Assembly: GCA_035288925.1 (NCBI GenBank)
Contig: DATDYS010000018.1
Span: 1-48,751, forward strand
Length of the DNA stretch: 48,751 nt
Origin: Candidatus Nanoarchaeia archaeon
GTDB lineage: Archaea; Nanobdellota; Nanobdellia; Woesearchaeales; GW2011-AR4
Direction: 5' to 3'
Shown here: positions 17,011 through 25,132 of the stretch, piece after piece
How positions within the stretch are numbered: position 1 is the stretch's first letter
How the letters are laid out: every line of letters starts with the position of its first letter
The notes under the pieces: model-generated
Told to the model about the DNA's origin: nothing
The model's database searches: none
Seen by the model: the letters and a program-made list of their open reading frames with translations, nothing else
Program-made: the position numbers and the translations under genes

Positions 17011-17451
17011 TCACAGTGTTTTCTGGTCGACCGGAATGTTAATCATTTCAATTCCAATATTTTTTGCAACGTCAAAAATCCTCTGGTCGCGGTAGAATTC
17101 ACCATAATATATTTTTTTAATTCCAGCGTTCGCAAGCATCTTAAAGCAGGGCCAGCATGGAGATGCGGTTATGTAAACCTCCCCTCCGTTAATCATGACG
17201 CCGTTTTTCGCTGCCTGTAAAATTGCATTAGTCTCTGCATGAATTGTGGCAACGCAATGGCCGTCTTCCATCATGTGGCCTACATCATCGCAATGCGGCA
17301 TTCCTCTTATGCTCCCATTATAGCCTGTCGATAAAATAGTCTTGTCTCTTACAATCAAAGCGCCAACATGCTTTCTGTCGCAGGTGCTTCTGGTTGCGAC
17401 TTCTTTCGCTATGTTCATGAAATACTGCTCCCAGTTTGCCCTTTGCGTCAT
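17011..17451 (-). CDS. dCMP (CMP/dCMP-type) deaminase
   Basis: HAETNAI zinc motif and PCWPCFKML. The ATG at 17451 overlaps the upstream stop as ATGA. Confidence 0.85.
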   Translation of the reverse strand: MTQRANWEQYFMNIAKEVATRSTCDRKHVGALIVRDKTILSTGYNGSIRGMPHCDDVGHMMEDGHCVATIHAETNAILQAAKNGVMINGGEVYITASPCWPCFKMLANAGIKKIYYGEFYRDQRIFDVAKNIGIEMINIPVDQKTL

Positions 17452-18005
17452 TTTAAGCTTTCCATCCATTCATCAAATTCCTTATTTGCTTCTTCTATTG
17501 TTCCGTTGCTGCTTATGTGCTTATCAACCATAGAGAGGCACTTGTCAAGTTGCTGGCCGGATTCCTCGTTATTGTTCTCGCGCTGCTCGTGTTCTCTGAA
17601 CTCTTCGAACGTCGTTGCATCGCCAATCCTCCCCCTCTTCAAAAGCCTCTGAAACCTTATCTTTTCATCAGTTACAACGCCAACCAATAAAAAACCTTCG
17701 TTCTTTTTCAGCTCGCGTATCTCGCCCGGGTTTCTTATGCTGTCTATCACGAAATCTTTCCTGCCATTGAATTTTTCTTTTTGAATTTTTATATTTATCC
17801 TTTCAGCAAGAATTCCGTTTCCGAAATTTTTCCTTAACTCATTTCCTAGAGTTATCAGGCCGCTTCTAGAATAATCAAGTTTTCTTCTGTCCGCCTCTTC
17901 CCTTAAAGCGTCAGACAATGAAAAATAAGCAAATCCTTTTGACTGGAGATGCTTTGCAATCTCCCCCTTTCCAGCTGCGTTTTTGCCTGTTAGGCCGACT
18001 ATCAT
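17448..18005 (-). CDS. P-loop nucleotide kinase-like protein (dNMP-kinase / UPF0200-like)
   Basis: Starts at MIVGLTGKNAAGKGE (P-loop) and is translationally coupled to the dCMP deaminase. The exact specificity is unknown. Confidence 0.5.
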   Translation of the reverse strand: MIVGLTGKNAAGKGEIAKHLQSKGFAYFSLSDALREEADRRKLDYSRSGLITLGNELRKNFGNGILAERINIKIQKEKFNGRKDFVIDSIRNPGEIRELKKNEGFLLVGVVTDEKIRFQRLLKRGRIGDATTFEEFREHEQRENNNEESGQQLDKCLSMVDKHISSNGTIEEANKEFDEWMESLK

Positions 18006-18099
18006 AAAATAAAAGAAAATTAAATGAGTTAATAAATTTGAGCATTTTTGCAGCTCTTCAAAACAAACATTTAAATTGAAATTGTTTTTACAAAATCTT

Positions 18100-18426
18100 A
18101 TGGAAAGCACATATCAAAGGGGCATACGGATTATAAGGGGTTTACTGGGGGAGACCAAGTGGCAGGAATTAGAAGCTCAAGTTCCAGGTTTAGAGCAAAG
18201 TGTTGGAACTGCTTATGAAAGACAAGCCCGCAGAAATGCATATTTATCCCAGACGGAAACTCTACAAAGAGAGGCAGGCAGAAGAGTTAATGTGCCAGTA
18301 ACTCCACAGAATCTAGCTGACTTTGTGGAAGGTGCAGCAATGCTTGAAAAATTAAAATTACCAAAAGGGGTTATGTTAAGCATGCAAAGAATGGGTTATA
18401 ATCCACGCGCGATTTATTCTTTATAA
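18100..18426 (+). CDS. Hypothetical 108-aa protein (compositionally atypical orphan)
   Basis: ATG at 18100, with a TATA-like tttaaat about 25 nt upstream. Rich in R/Q/G/A, unlike its K/I/N-rich neighbours. Confidence 0.4.
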   Translation: MESTYQRGIRIIRGLLGETKWQELEAQVPGLEQSVGTAYERQARRNAYLSQTETLQREAGRRVNVPVTPQNLADFVEGAAMLEKLKLPKGVMLSMQRMGYNPRAIYSL

Positions 18427-18434
18427 GATTCAAT

Positions 18435-18887
18435 TCATTTCTTCTGCAGCTTTTCCAATTCTTCCGCGAACCTATCCAAGTCACCAAACTCGCGGTAAAC
18501 TGATGCAAACCTTATGTAAGCAACTTTATCAAGAGATTTCAGCTTTTTCATGACAATCTCCCCGATGACTTTGCTTTCAACTTCAACAGAATCCCTTTTC
18601 CTTAAATCGGATTCCACTTCATCAACAAGCTCATCTATCTTTTCAATGGGGATCTCTCTTTTTTCGCACGCCTCGATTATCCCGTTAAGGACTTTCTGCC
18701 TCTGAAAACGCTCTCTTTTGCCGTTTTTCTTGACAACGATGATATCCGCTTCCTCAACTCTTTCATAGGTTGTAAACCTTTTATTGCATTTCATGCATTC
18801 CCTTCTTCTTCTGGTTGCTTCCAGATTCTCAGTCTCCCGGGTATCAATGACCTGGGTTTCCTCGAAATTGCAGTAAGGGCATTTCAT
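18435..18887 (-). CDS. nrdR: NrdR transcriptional repressor (zinc ribbon + ATP-cone)
   Basis: MKCPYCNFEETQVIDTRE...RRRRECMKCNKRFTTYERVE, then an ATP-cone-like region (AYIRFASVYREF). Confidence 0.85.
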   Translation of the reverse strand: MKCPYCNFEETQVIDTRETENLEATRRRRECMKCNKRFTTYERVEEADIIVVKKNGKRERFQRQKVLNGIIEACEKREIPIEKIDELVDEVESDLRKRDSVEVESKVIGEIVMKKLKSLDKVAYIRFASVYREFGDLDRFAEELEKLQKK

Positions 18888-18907
18888 TTTGTTAAGTATC
18901 TGATTTT

Positions 18908-19189
18908 TTAAAGATAGCTGCCGCCAACATTATAAGCATCCATCAAGGGATTGCCTGTTGATTTAGCTTTTTTAGCCCAACTTAATCCTAAATCATATCT
19001 TGGCTGGTTTTCAATTTCTTTAGGATTTATCTGATGAGAGGTTACCTGGCTCCAACCCTCAGTTTCTGCACATTTAACTGCGGCATCAAGACTGAAAGCA
19101 AGAAAGAAAAGTTCAGCAGTTCTTTCTCCTTTTAGCCCAGTAACCCTTACAGCTAAAGCCCCCTGTCCTACCCTTTTCATAGTAGCCAT
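18908..19189 (-). CDS. Hypothetical ~90-aa protein (compositionally atypical orphan)
   Basis: MATMKRVGQGALAVRVTGLKGER... The start is ambiguous (ATG 19189 or 19180). A TATA-like tttttaagtata lies just upstream. Confidence 0.4.
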   Translation of the reverse strand: MATMKRVGQGALAVRVTGLKGERTAELFFLAFSLDAAVKCAETEGWSQVTSHQINPKEIENQPRYDLGLSWAKKAKSTGNPLMDAYNVGGSYL

Positions 19190-19270
19190 TGTAATAAGGC
19201 GTATACTTAAAAACATTTCGTCAGCATAAATCCAATAGTTTTTTAAAACAGGATAAAATTTCAAATAAGA

Positions 19271-20182
19271 ATGAAAAACAAAAAAATTAACGTAGGCGGC
19301 CAGGCAGTAATAGAAGGTGTTATGATGAGGGGGCCTGAAAAGTATGTAGTTGCTGCAAGGAATAAAAAAGGCATTGCTTACAAAAAAGGGAGCATTCCGT
19401 CAAAAAAGAATAAATTTCTAAAGATGCCTTTTGTAAGGGGATTTGTGAATCTTGCCGACATGATGGTTATCGGCATAAAATCAATAATATGGTCCGCTCA
19501 GCAGGCCGGGGAGGGAGATGAAAAATTAGGAAAAAACGAAATTGCCATCACCATGCTTATTTCTATCGGCGCGGTTATCCTATTCTTTATTGCGCTCCCT
19601 TATTTTCTCACGAACCTGATTGGAATAACAGAAGAGCAAAAGCCAATCCTGTTTAACATCATTGACGGGCTGATAAGGATTGCAATTTTCATGGTTTATA
19701 TTTATGCTATTTCATTTATGAAAGATGTCAAAGTGCTGTTCCAGTACCACGGCGCAGAGCACATGACCATTCATTGTTATGAGCATGGAAAAAAGATTGA
19801 TGCCGGTAATGTAAAAAAATTCACAACACTCCATCCAAGATGCGGGACCTCATTTTTATTGATAGTTTTTATAGTAAGCATTTTCGTGTTTTCGATTTTG
19901 CCGTCGCTGATGTCCCATTACTATCCAAATTTTGTAAATCTTAATGTTTGGGCCAGGAAGGGAATTTTGTTTCCGGTCAGGATTTTGCTGATACCATTTG
20001 TTGCCGGAATATCCTACGAAATTCTGAAAGCAAGCGACAAAAAGCAGGATAATATTCTGTTTAAATTAATCTCAATGCCGGGGTTGTGGCTTCAGAAGAT
20101 TACAACAAAAAAGCCAAATAATAAGCAGATTGAAGTAGCCATTTGCTCTTTGAAAAAACTGCTAGAAGTAGAAAGAAAATAA
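19271..20182 (+). CDS. DUF1385-family membrane protein
   Basis: GGQAVIEGVMMRG, YHGAEHM, HPRCGTSF. Confidence 0.75.
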   Translation: MKNKKINVGGQAVIEGVMMRGPEKYVVAARNKKGIAYKKGSIPSKKNKFLKMPFVRGFVNLADMMVIGIKSIIWSAQQAGEGDEKLGKNEIAITMLISIGAVILFFIALPYFLTNLIGITEEQKPILFNIIDGLIRIAIFMVYIYAISFMKDVKVLFQYHGAEHMTIHCYEHGKKIDAGNVKKFTTLHPRCGTSFLLIVFIVSIFVFSILPSLMSHYYPNFVNLNVWARKGILFPVRILLIPFVAGISYEILKASDKKQDNILFKLISMPGLWLQKITTKKPNNKQIEVAICSLKKLLEVERK

Positions 20183-20198
20183 AAAAATAAAAGAAGTT

Positions 20199-20447
20199 CT
20201 ACCTTCTTTTCCTCTTCCTTCCGCCTCTCTGCATTTTTGCGCAGGAAACGTCGCCTTGCTTGTCAATGAAATACAGGTATCCTGATTTTTTCTTGACGCC
20301 TGCCTTTGCCACAGCCTCAACTTTTGCTTTTCCTTTCTTGCGGCCGCCTCTGGACATCTTGGCGCGGGCTACATTGCCGTGCTTGTCGACAAAATAAAGA
20401 TAGCCCTTCTGCTTTTTGACTCCGACTTTTGCTACTTTTTCAGCCAT
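20199..20447 (-). CDS. Small highly basic protein made of two ~36-aa tandem repeats
   Basis: VAKVGVKKQKGYLYFVDKHGNVARAKMSRGGRKKGK and VAKAGVKKKSGYLYFIDKQGDVSCAKMQRGGRKRKR. The ATG at 20447 is preceded by ggggagg. Confidence 0.6.
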   Translation of the reverse strand: MAEKVAKVGVKKQKGYLYFVDKHGNVARAKMSRGGRKKGKAKVEAVAKAGVKKKSGYLYFIDKQGDVSCAKMQRGGRKRKRR

Positions 20448-20589
20448 GTTCAAAACCTCCCCTTGTTTTTTAAGACGTTAAAACTGTCTTATTCCTTTTG
20501 TTGACGAGCATGTATATAAAGATTTCGCTTTTACGACGAGAACATTAGAATGCGATAAAATTAAATATTAAAACGGGTTAGACAGCGAA

Positions 20590-20853
20590 ATGAAAGAAAA
20601 AATAATGCTGAGGTCAAAAGCAAAAACTCTCGAGCCCGTTGTGAGAATAGGAAAATCCGGCTTAACCGACAGCATGATTGGAGAGATAAATAAAAACCTG
20701 ATAAAAAGGAAGCTGATTAAAATAAAATTATTAAAATCGCCCGGTGACAGAAACGAAAAAGAAAATTTAATCACGTCAATAGTGGAAAAAACCCATTCTG
20801 AGCTTATAGATTCAGTCGGAAATGTAATTGTGTTATACAAAAAGCAATTATAG
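20590..20853 (+). CDS. YhbY/CRS1 (CRM-domain) RNA-binding protein
   Basis: LRSKAKTLEPVVRIGKSGLTDSMIGEINKNLIKRKLIKIKL. Confidence 0.75.
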   Translation: MKEKIMLRSKAKTLEPVVRIGKSGLTDSMIGEINKNLIKRKLIKIKLLKSPGDRNEKENLITSIVEKTHSELIDSVGNVIVLYKKQL

Positions 20854-21318
20854 CATCTCGTCTATTTTTTTTAGGTATTCCTTTATTCTGGAGTTAATGG
20901 ACGGCAGCAGGAACTTCTCAATCTTCTCCTCGAAAATCTCGTCCAGCTTGCTGTGCTCCACAATCCTGTAGGAGTTAAGGTGCTTTTCGACAATCAGCAA
21001 ATCCTTCAGCCTTTTCAGCTGCCTCCTGATGTTGGAAGAAGCTATGCCGAGCATCGGCAGCTTGAATTTTTTTCTTTCCTCAATGACTAAAGAGCAGATT
21101 TCGTCGCTTGTAAGGTTTGTTTTCTCTTTCTTTGCTTTAATTATAACAGTGAACACATCAACAATAACATCCCTTGAATCGCCGGGCTGCAATAACCCCA
21201 CTGACAGGCACAGTTTCCTTATCAGCTCCCGCTCGCTCAGGTTTGCGGGCTTTTCATATCTCCTCAAAGTTATTTCCGCCAGTGGAATGTCCTTTGCAAT
21301 CGTTTTTTGCTTTGCCAT
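20848..21318 (-). CDS. Putative winged-helix DNA-binding protein
   Basis: 156 aa. TATA cttatataaa lies 27 nt upstream of the ATG. Weak wHTH-like central region; the family is not certain. Confidence 0.4.
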   Translation of the reverse strand: MAKQKTIAKDIPLAEITLRRYEKPANLSERELIRKLCLSVGLLQPGDSRDVIVDVFTVIIKAKKEKTNLTSDEICSLVIEERKKFKLPMLGIASSNIRRQLKRLKDLLIVEKHLNSYRIVEHSKLDEIFEEKIEKFLLPSINSRIKEYLKKIDEML

Positions 21319-21375
21319 GATTAAAATATTTAAGAATTAAGAGGTTTATATAAGTTTTGATTAAATTGCAGTTAA

Positions 21376-21648
21376 CTAAAGCCCAAAAGTCTTCTCGAAT
21401 TCCCTCATCTGTTTTAATTTCTCGAAGAACTCAAAACCCTTGTCGGTCATTATAATATAATCATAATTTTTCTTCTTGATTTTTTTTACCAACTCCTTTC
21501 CCACCATGTCTTCCAGGTATAAATTCATCTGCCCGTGCGACAGGTTGCTTTTATACATCAAATGAGTCGGCTTTATCTCGCCGCCGCTGTTCTGCAGCGT
21601 AGCAAGCATATCCGTGATAATATCCAGCCTACCCCTTTTTCTTGGCAT
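21376..21648 (-). CDS. Winged-helix transcriptional regulator (COG3432-like)
   Basis: RLDIITDMLATLQNSGGEIKPTHLMYKSNLSHGQMNLYLEDMVGKELV. Overlaps the upstream membrane gene by 20 nt. Confidence 0.55.
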   Translation of the reverse strand: MPRKRGRLDIITDMLATLQNSGGEIKPTHLMYKSNLSHGQMNLYLEDMVGKELVKKIKKKNYDYIIMTDKGFEFFEKLKQMREFEKTFGL

Positions 21649-22327
21649 CCCGCAGCACCCTGATGAAAGTCATGAGCAAAATTAAATATCCAACCAGCTG
21701 TATTAATTCGGCAATTACATAATAAACATTGTTATAAAAAACAAATATTGAAAATATCTGGCTTACGCCGATGATTGCAAAGCTTGCTGTTACGAACTTG
21801 GATGCCGGCTGCTTATTCTTCCTATAAGTGCGGTAATACTGCAAAGTTATCAATGCCAATAAGGCAAGCGCGACTATGTGGAAAATAAAATATTCCAGCT
21901 CGCTGAAATAAGTCAGTATAAGTATAAAAAATACCATAAGAAAAATGTTTGATTTTGACTGGTTTTTTTGGTGAATGGAGTACAGCATGTAAAGACCGAG
22001 AAGAGTTAATAATCTGTAAAACAGGAAGCCAGCAAGAAATAATATGTTGGACACCTGTATAGTTGGGTAAGTTAAAATAAAATCTCCCAGGTGCCTTGTT
22101 ACAAAAACTTTGTAATATATTGTAAAATTTGTGAGAATCTTGAAAAGAAATGACAGGGCTATCAGGAAAAACGAGCCGGCAAGATAAAGGTAATTCTTGT
22201 TTTTCTTGTTTAATTTGTAGTACCTTACGGCGAAGGAAGCTATAAGGAGAAGGACAAAAGCGCTGACAGTATCAATAAGCAAATCCTTGCTATAAAACCA
22301 CTGCGGAGTATAGACTACCTGAATCAT
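21629..22327 (-). CDS. Polytopic membrane protein, unknown function
   Basis: 232 aa with about 7 hydrophobic spans. Co-oriented with, and overlapping, the wHTH gene. Confidence 0.55.
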   Translation of the reverse strand: MIQVVYTPQWFYSKDLLIDTVSAFVLLLIASFAVRYYKLNKKNKNYLYLAGSFFLIALSFLFKILTNFTIYYKVFVTRHLGDFILTYPTIQVSNILFLAGFLFYRLLTLLGLYMLYSIHQKNQSKSNIFLMVFFILILTYFSELEYFIFHIVALALLALITLQYYRTYRKNKQPASKFVTASFAIIGVSQIFSIFVFYNNVYYVIAELIQLVGYLILLMTFIRVLRDAKKKG

Positions 22328-22500
22328 AGTATCAGCTTTTAATTAGCCATTTAAAAAGCTTATGAAAGATGCTTCTGGAAGTTCCCTTCACAGGCTATTA
22401 ATAAAGGGCAATTATCCAATTCTTATGATTTCAATGAAGAAGCAAAATCCCAATCATCATGTGAGGAACTTAACGCCAACCCTAACACCTCCAAGTGTTA

Positions 22501-22537
22501 AAAATAAGTCCCGAGCAAAATCTCGGGAACTTATTTT
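22501..22537. terminator. 15-bp hairpin flanked by an A-run and a T-run (bidirectional terminator-like)
   Basis: aaaataagtcccgag / caaaat / ctcgggaacttatttt, with one bulged nucleotide, followed by t and aaaa. Confidence 0.45.
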
Positions 22538-22848
22538 TAAAATGCTCGAAAATCAGCACAATTCACAATCCTTACTTGATGATTTTCGACATGTGATCCT
22601 CTTTCCACGGGGGTACAGCACCCTGTGCCCTCTGGACAAGATGGATGATTTCAGGGACAAATAAATTTACAGGGGTTGCCATCTCACTATGTGAGCATCA
22701 TCCACTAATAAAATTAACATCATAAGGAAATTGCAATGGGAATTGTGATTATCAAAATATATTTTACAATGCGAACTGATGGCAACCCAAACAAAGTTGG
22801 GGCTTTTCGGTGAAGCCATAGATAAAAAAAGTTTAAAAGGTGATTTAA

Positions 22849-22977
22849 ATGAAAATAGAAGAAGTAGGCGGGCTGAAGGAATCTGAGCTGGATTTTTTAA
22901 GAATTCTGAGGAGGAAGCATACCGGCAAGCGCCAATGGGCTGATGACAAAGTAGATTATGTTTCTGATTCTATTTGA
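22849..22977 (+). CDS. 42-aa hypothetical micro-protein
   Basis: MKIEEVGGLKESELDFLRILRRKHTGKRQWADDKVDYVSDSI. A strong SD aggtgat lies 7 nt upstream of the ATG. Confidence 0.4.
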   Translation: MKIEEVGGLKESELDFLRILRRKHTGKRQWADDKVDYVSDSI

Positions 22978-23040
22978 TTTATTTTATTTATTTATTTTAT
23001 TATAAAAACATTTAAATAATTGGACTATAACAACAATTAA

Positions 23041-23226
23041 ATGGAAAAAGAAGATCCAATACCAAAAGATTTGTTTAATATTCTTGCATGCCCCCTATGC
23101 AGGGCTGATTTGGAGTACACTAAAGGCAAGAAAGCTCTTGTGTGCGCCGGGTGCGGCACGAAGTATCCGATAGAGGGGGATATACCCATCCTCCTTTCCC
23201 CAAAAGACAGGAAGCGGTTTAAATAA
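23041..23226 (+). CDS. Trm112/UPF0434-family zinc-ribbon protein
   Basis: LFNILACPLCRADLEY...LVCAGCGTKYPIEGDIPILL. Confidence 0.75.
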   Translation: MEKEDPIPKDLFNILACPLCRADLEYTKGKKALVCAGCGTKYPIEGDIPILLSPKDRKRFK

Positions 23227-23264
23227 TAAGGTTTATATTTAGTTGGCTTATCTTTATTCTTATT

Positions 23265-23348
23265 GCCGACGTGGCACAATCTGGTACTGCGCTAGCCTTG
23301 AGAGCTTGTTCCCGCAAGGGTTTCTCGGTTCAAATCCGAGCGTCGGCG
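23265..23348 (+). tRNA. tRNA-Ser (anticodon UGA), class II with long variable arm, no encoded CCA
   Basis: Hand-folded. Acceptor stem gccgacg/cgtcggc. 3-bp D stem. Anticodon loop ct-TGA-ga. Variable arm ccc-gcaa-ggg. T arm ctcgg-ttcaaat-ccgag. Discriminator g. Confidence 0.85.
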
Positions 23349-23357
23349 TTTTTAAGT

Positions 23358-23379
23358 AATCCGAGTCGCGGCGTTTTTA
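23358..23379 (+). repeat. Imperfect duplicate (19/22) of the tRNA-Ser 3' end plus trailer
   Basis: aatccgagTCGcggcgttttta versus aatccgagCGTcggcgttttta at 23333-23354. Confidence 0.6.
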
Positions 23380-23420
23380 TATTTTTTCTTGAGAGAAGAC
23401 TTAAATATTAGTTAAACATA

Positions 23421-23654
23421 ATGAATAATATGTCTAAATCATTTGATATTGTAATAAATGAGGAGCGGATTAACAAAAAAAAGATTTTTGTAGTCTACTG
23501 CCTAAATCTGGGAATAACCGGCCAGGGCAAAACAGTTGAAGTTGCAATGGGCAATATCGAGGATGCAATCCGGCTGTATCTGGAAGAAAATCCCGGTGAC
23601 ATGCCAAATAGTGAAGATTTAATGCCGCCTATGGCAACGAGAATATTTATTTGA
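23421..23654 (+). CDS. HicB-like / UPF0150-family protein (no adjacent HicA)
   Basis: FVVYCLNLGITGQGKTVEVAMGNIEDAIRLYLEE fits the HicB N-terminal fold pattern. Confidence 0.5.
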   Translation: MNNMSKSFDIVINEERINKKKIFVVYCLNLGITGQGKTVEVAMGNIEDAIRLYLEENPGDMPNSEDLMPPMATRIFI

Positions 23655-23710
23655 ATTATTTCTTGAGTTAAAAAAGGAGGATTTTTAAATTTATTACCAA
23701 CTCTGATTTT

Positions 23711-24418
23711 ATGCTTAACAAACTCAAAAAAGAGCTTGCAAGATTTGGAAACCCAGAAAAAGCAAAGATACTTTCAGGGTTTTTTAAAACAGGCAAAGGG
23801 CAGTACGGCTACGGCGATGTTTTTCTCGGAGTAAAAGTTCCTGAAACAAGAAGTGTTGCGAAAAAGTTTAATTCATTAAGCTTAAAAGATTTAAAAAAAT
23901 TATTATCCAGCAAGATACACGAAGAAAGGCTGTGTGCTCTGCTTATTCTTATAGATAAATATAAACAATCAGATTCAAAGAATAAAAAAATAATCGTAGA
24001 TTTCTATCTAAAAAATACCAAGAAAGTAAACAACTGGGATTTGGTTGATTTAAGCGCAGACAAGATTCTTGGAAACTATTTGATTGGCAAAGATAAATCA
24101 GTTTTATACAGGCTGTTAAAATCGCAGAATCTGTGGGAAAGGAGGATTTCAATCATTTCAACATTCGCTTTCATAAAAAACAATAAATTTGACGACACAA
24201 TAAAAATTTCTGAAATTTTATTAAATGATAAGCACGATTTAATCCACAAAGCAGTCGGCTGGATGCTACGCGAAATGGGAAAGAGAGATGAAAAGGTTTT
24301 GATTAAATTCTTGAATAAAAATTATAAGAAAATGCCGAGGACTATGCTGAGGTATGCGATTGAAAGGCTGGATGAAAAGAAAAAAGGAAGATACATGAAT
24401 AAATCAAAACGGCTCTAG
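23711..24418 (+). CDS. DNA alkylation repair protein (AlkD-like HEAT-repeat)
   Basis: FGNPEKAKILSGFFKTGKGQYGYGDVFLGVKVPETR and HKAVGWMLREMGK. Confidence 0.7.
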   Translation: MLNKLKKELARFGNPEKAKILSGFFKTGKGQYGYGDVFLGVKVPETRSVAKKFNSLSLKDLKKLLSSKIHEERLCALLILIDKYKQSDSKNKKIIVDFYLKNTKKVNNWDLVDLSADKILGNYLIGKDKSVLYRLLKSQNLWERRISIISTFAFIKNNKFDDTIKISEILLNDKHDLIHKAVGWMLREMGKRDEKVLIKFLNKNYKKMPRTMLRYAIERLDEKKKGRYMNKSKRL

Positions 24419-25045
24419 GAGCCCCCTAGTGAACACAGTCAGGTTCAGTCCATTAGGGGACTGGGTTTTAACGGCATGAACTTCCCTATAAACGCCATTG
24501 GCAGGCAAAAACCTGTAGCGAGTTGATGCCTGAGCAGGTGCATCACAAATGTAGGCCCCGTTAAGTGGATGCTCCGGGATAGAATTTCCTAGAAAAGCGA
24601 ACTGCGACATGCCATCTTCAGTAAACCGCTGGGCTCTGAAAGTGCGCGGTTCTAGGCCGAGTCGCCTTTCCAAATCACACCCGATTTCCAATAGCATATT
24701 AAATCCAAAAGGTGTATCTTCAGGCAGTTCATCCTTTCTGGGATGGGCAACCGTAAAATATGGAACTTGGTTTACTGTTTCAATCCTATTCTGCACACTT
24801 TGGTTTCGTGTCCGGACCGCTACAATGCCATCTGTATGGGAATATACCATTATTACTGTGCCATCTGCAAATACATATTCCAAACCAGCCGGCTTTTGTG
24901 ATGCCTCATGCGCCAGAACTACACCTTGATTCCTCCTATCATCCGGCAAAGAATCGTATGCTGCTCTGAACACTGACTTCTGATTATCTGTTGCAAGTAT
25001 CAGAGCTGCATCAAGCCTTGAAAAACCCGAATTAAGTTCCCCCAT
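24404..25045 (-). CDS. Hypothetical 213-aa protein (G+C-rich orphan)
   Basis: Clean ATG ORF, convergent with and overlapping the alkD-like 3' end by 15 nt. No motif recognised. Confidence 0.45.
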   Translation of the reverse strand: MGELNSGFSRLDAALILATDNQKSVFRAAYDSLPDDRRNQGVVLAHEASQKPAGLEYVFADGTVIMVYSHTDGIVAVRTRNQSVQNRIETVNQVPYFTVAHPRKDELPEDTPFGFNMLLEIGCDLERRLGLEPRTFRAQRFTEDGMSQFAFLGNSIPEHPLNGAYICDAPAQASTRYRFLPANGVYREVHAVKTQSPNGLNLTVFTRGLLEPF

Positions 25046-25132
25046 TAGATAAGGATTCCAAGTATAGTTTAAATATTTTTGGATGAAAAAGAGTAAAATA
25101 AAAATTATACAAAATATAAAAAAATAATTTAT

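Noticed and set aside
22362-22664. 100-aa plus-strand ORF in the long intergenic region.
   Set aside because: It reads straight through a 15-bp terminator-like hairpin, has no SD or TATA in a sensible position, and has a low-complexity translation. I treated the region as non-coding.
22577-22780. C/D box sRNA (tgatga-like and ctga motifs).
   Set aside because: The boxes are too far apart, or are themselves part of the proposed terminal pairing. There is no proper C/D/C'/D' spacing.
22500-22820. Possible RNase P RNA. ataagtcccgag resembles CR-I, and acaaagttggggcttttcgg resembles CR-V/P4.
   Set aside because: The CR-I-like segment is fully consumed by a local 15-bp hairpin. No P1/P2/P3 arrangement or CR-II/III/IV motifs could be found, and the long-range helices do not match RNase P topology.
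23037-23279. 80-aa minus-strand ORF.
   Set aside because: It overlaps the Trm112-like CDS in antisense and runs into the tRNA-Ser gene.
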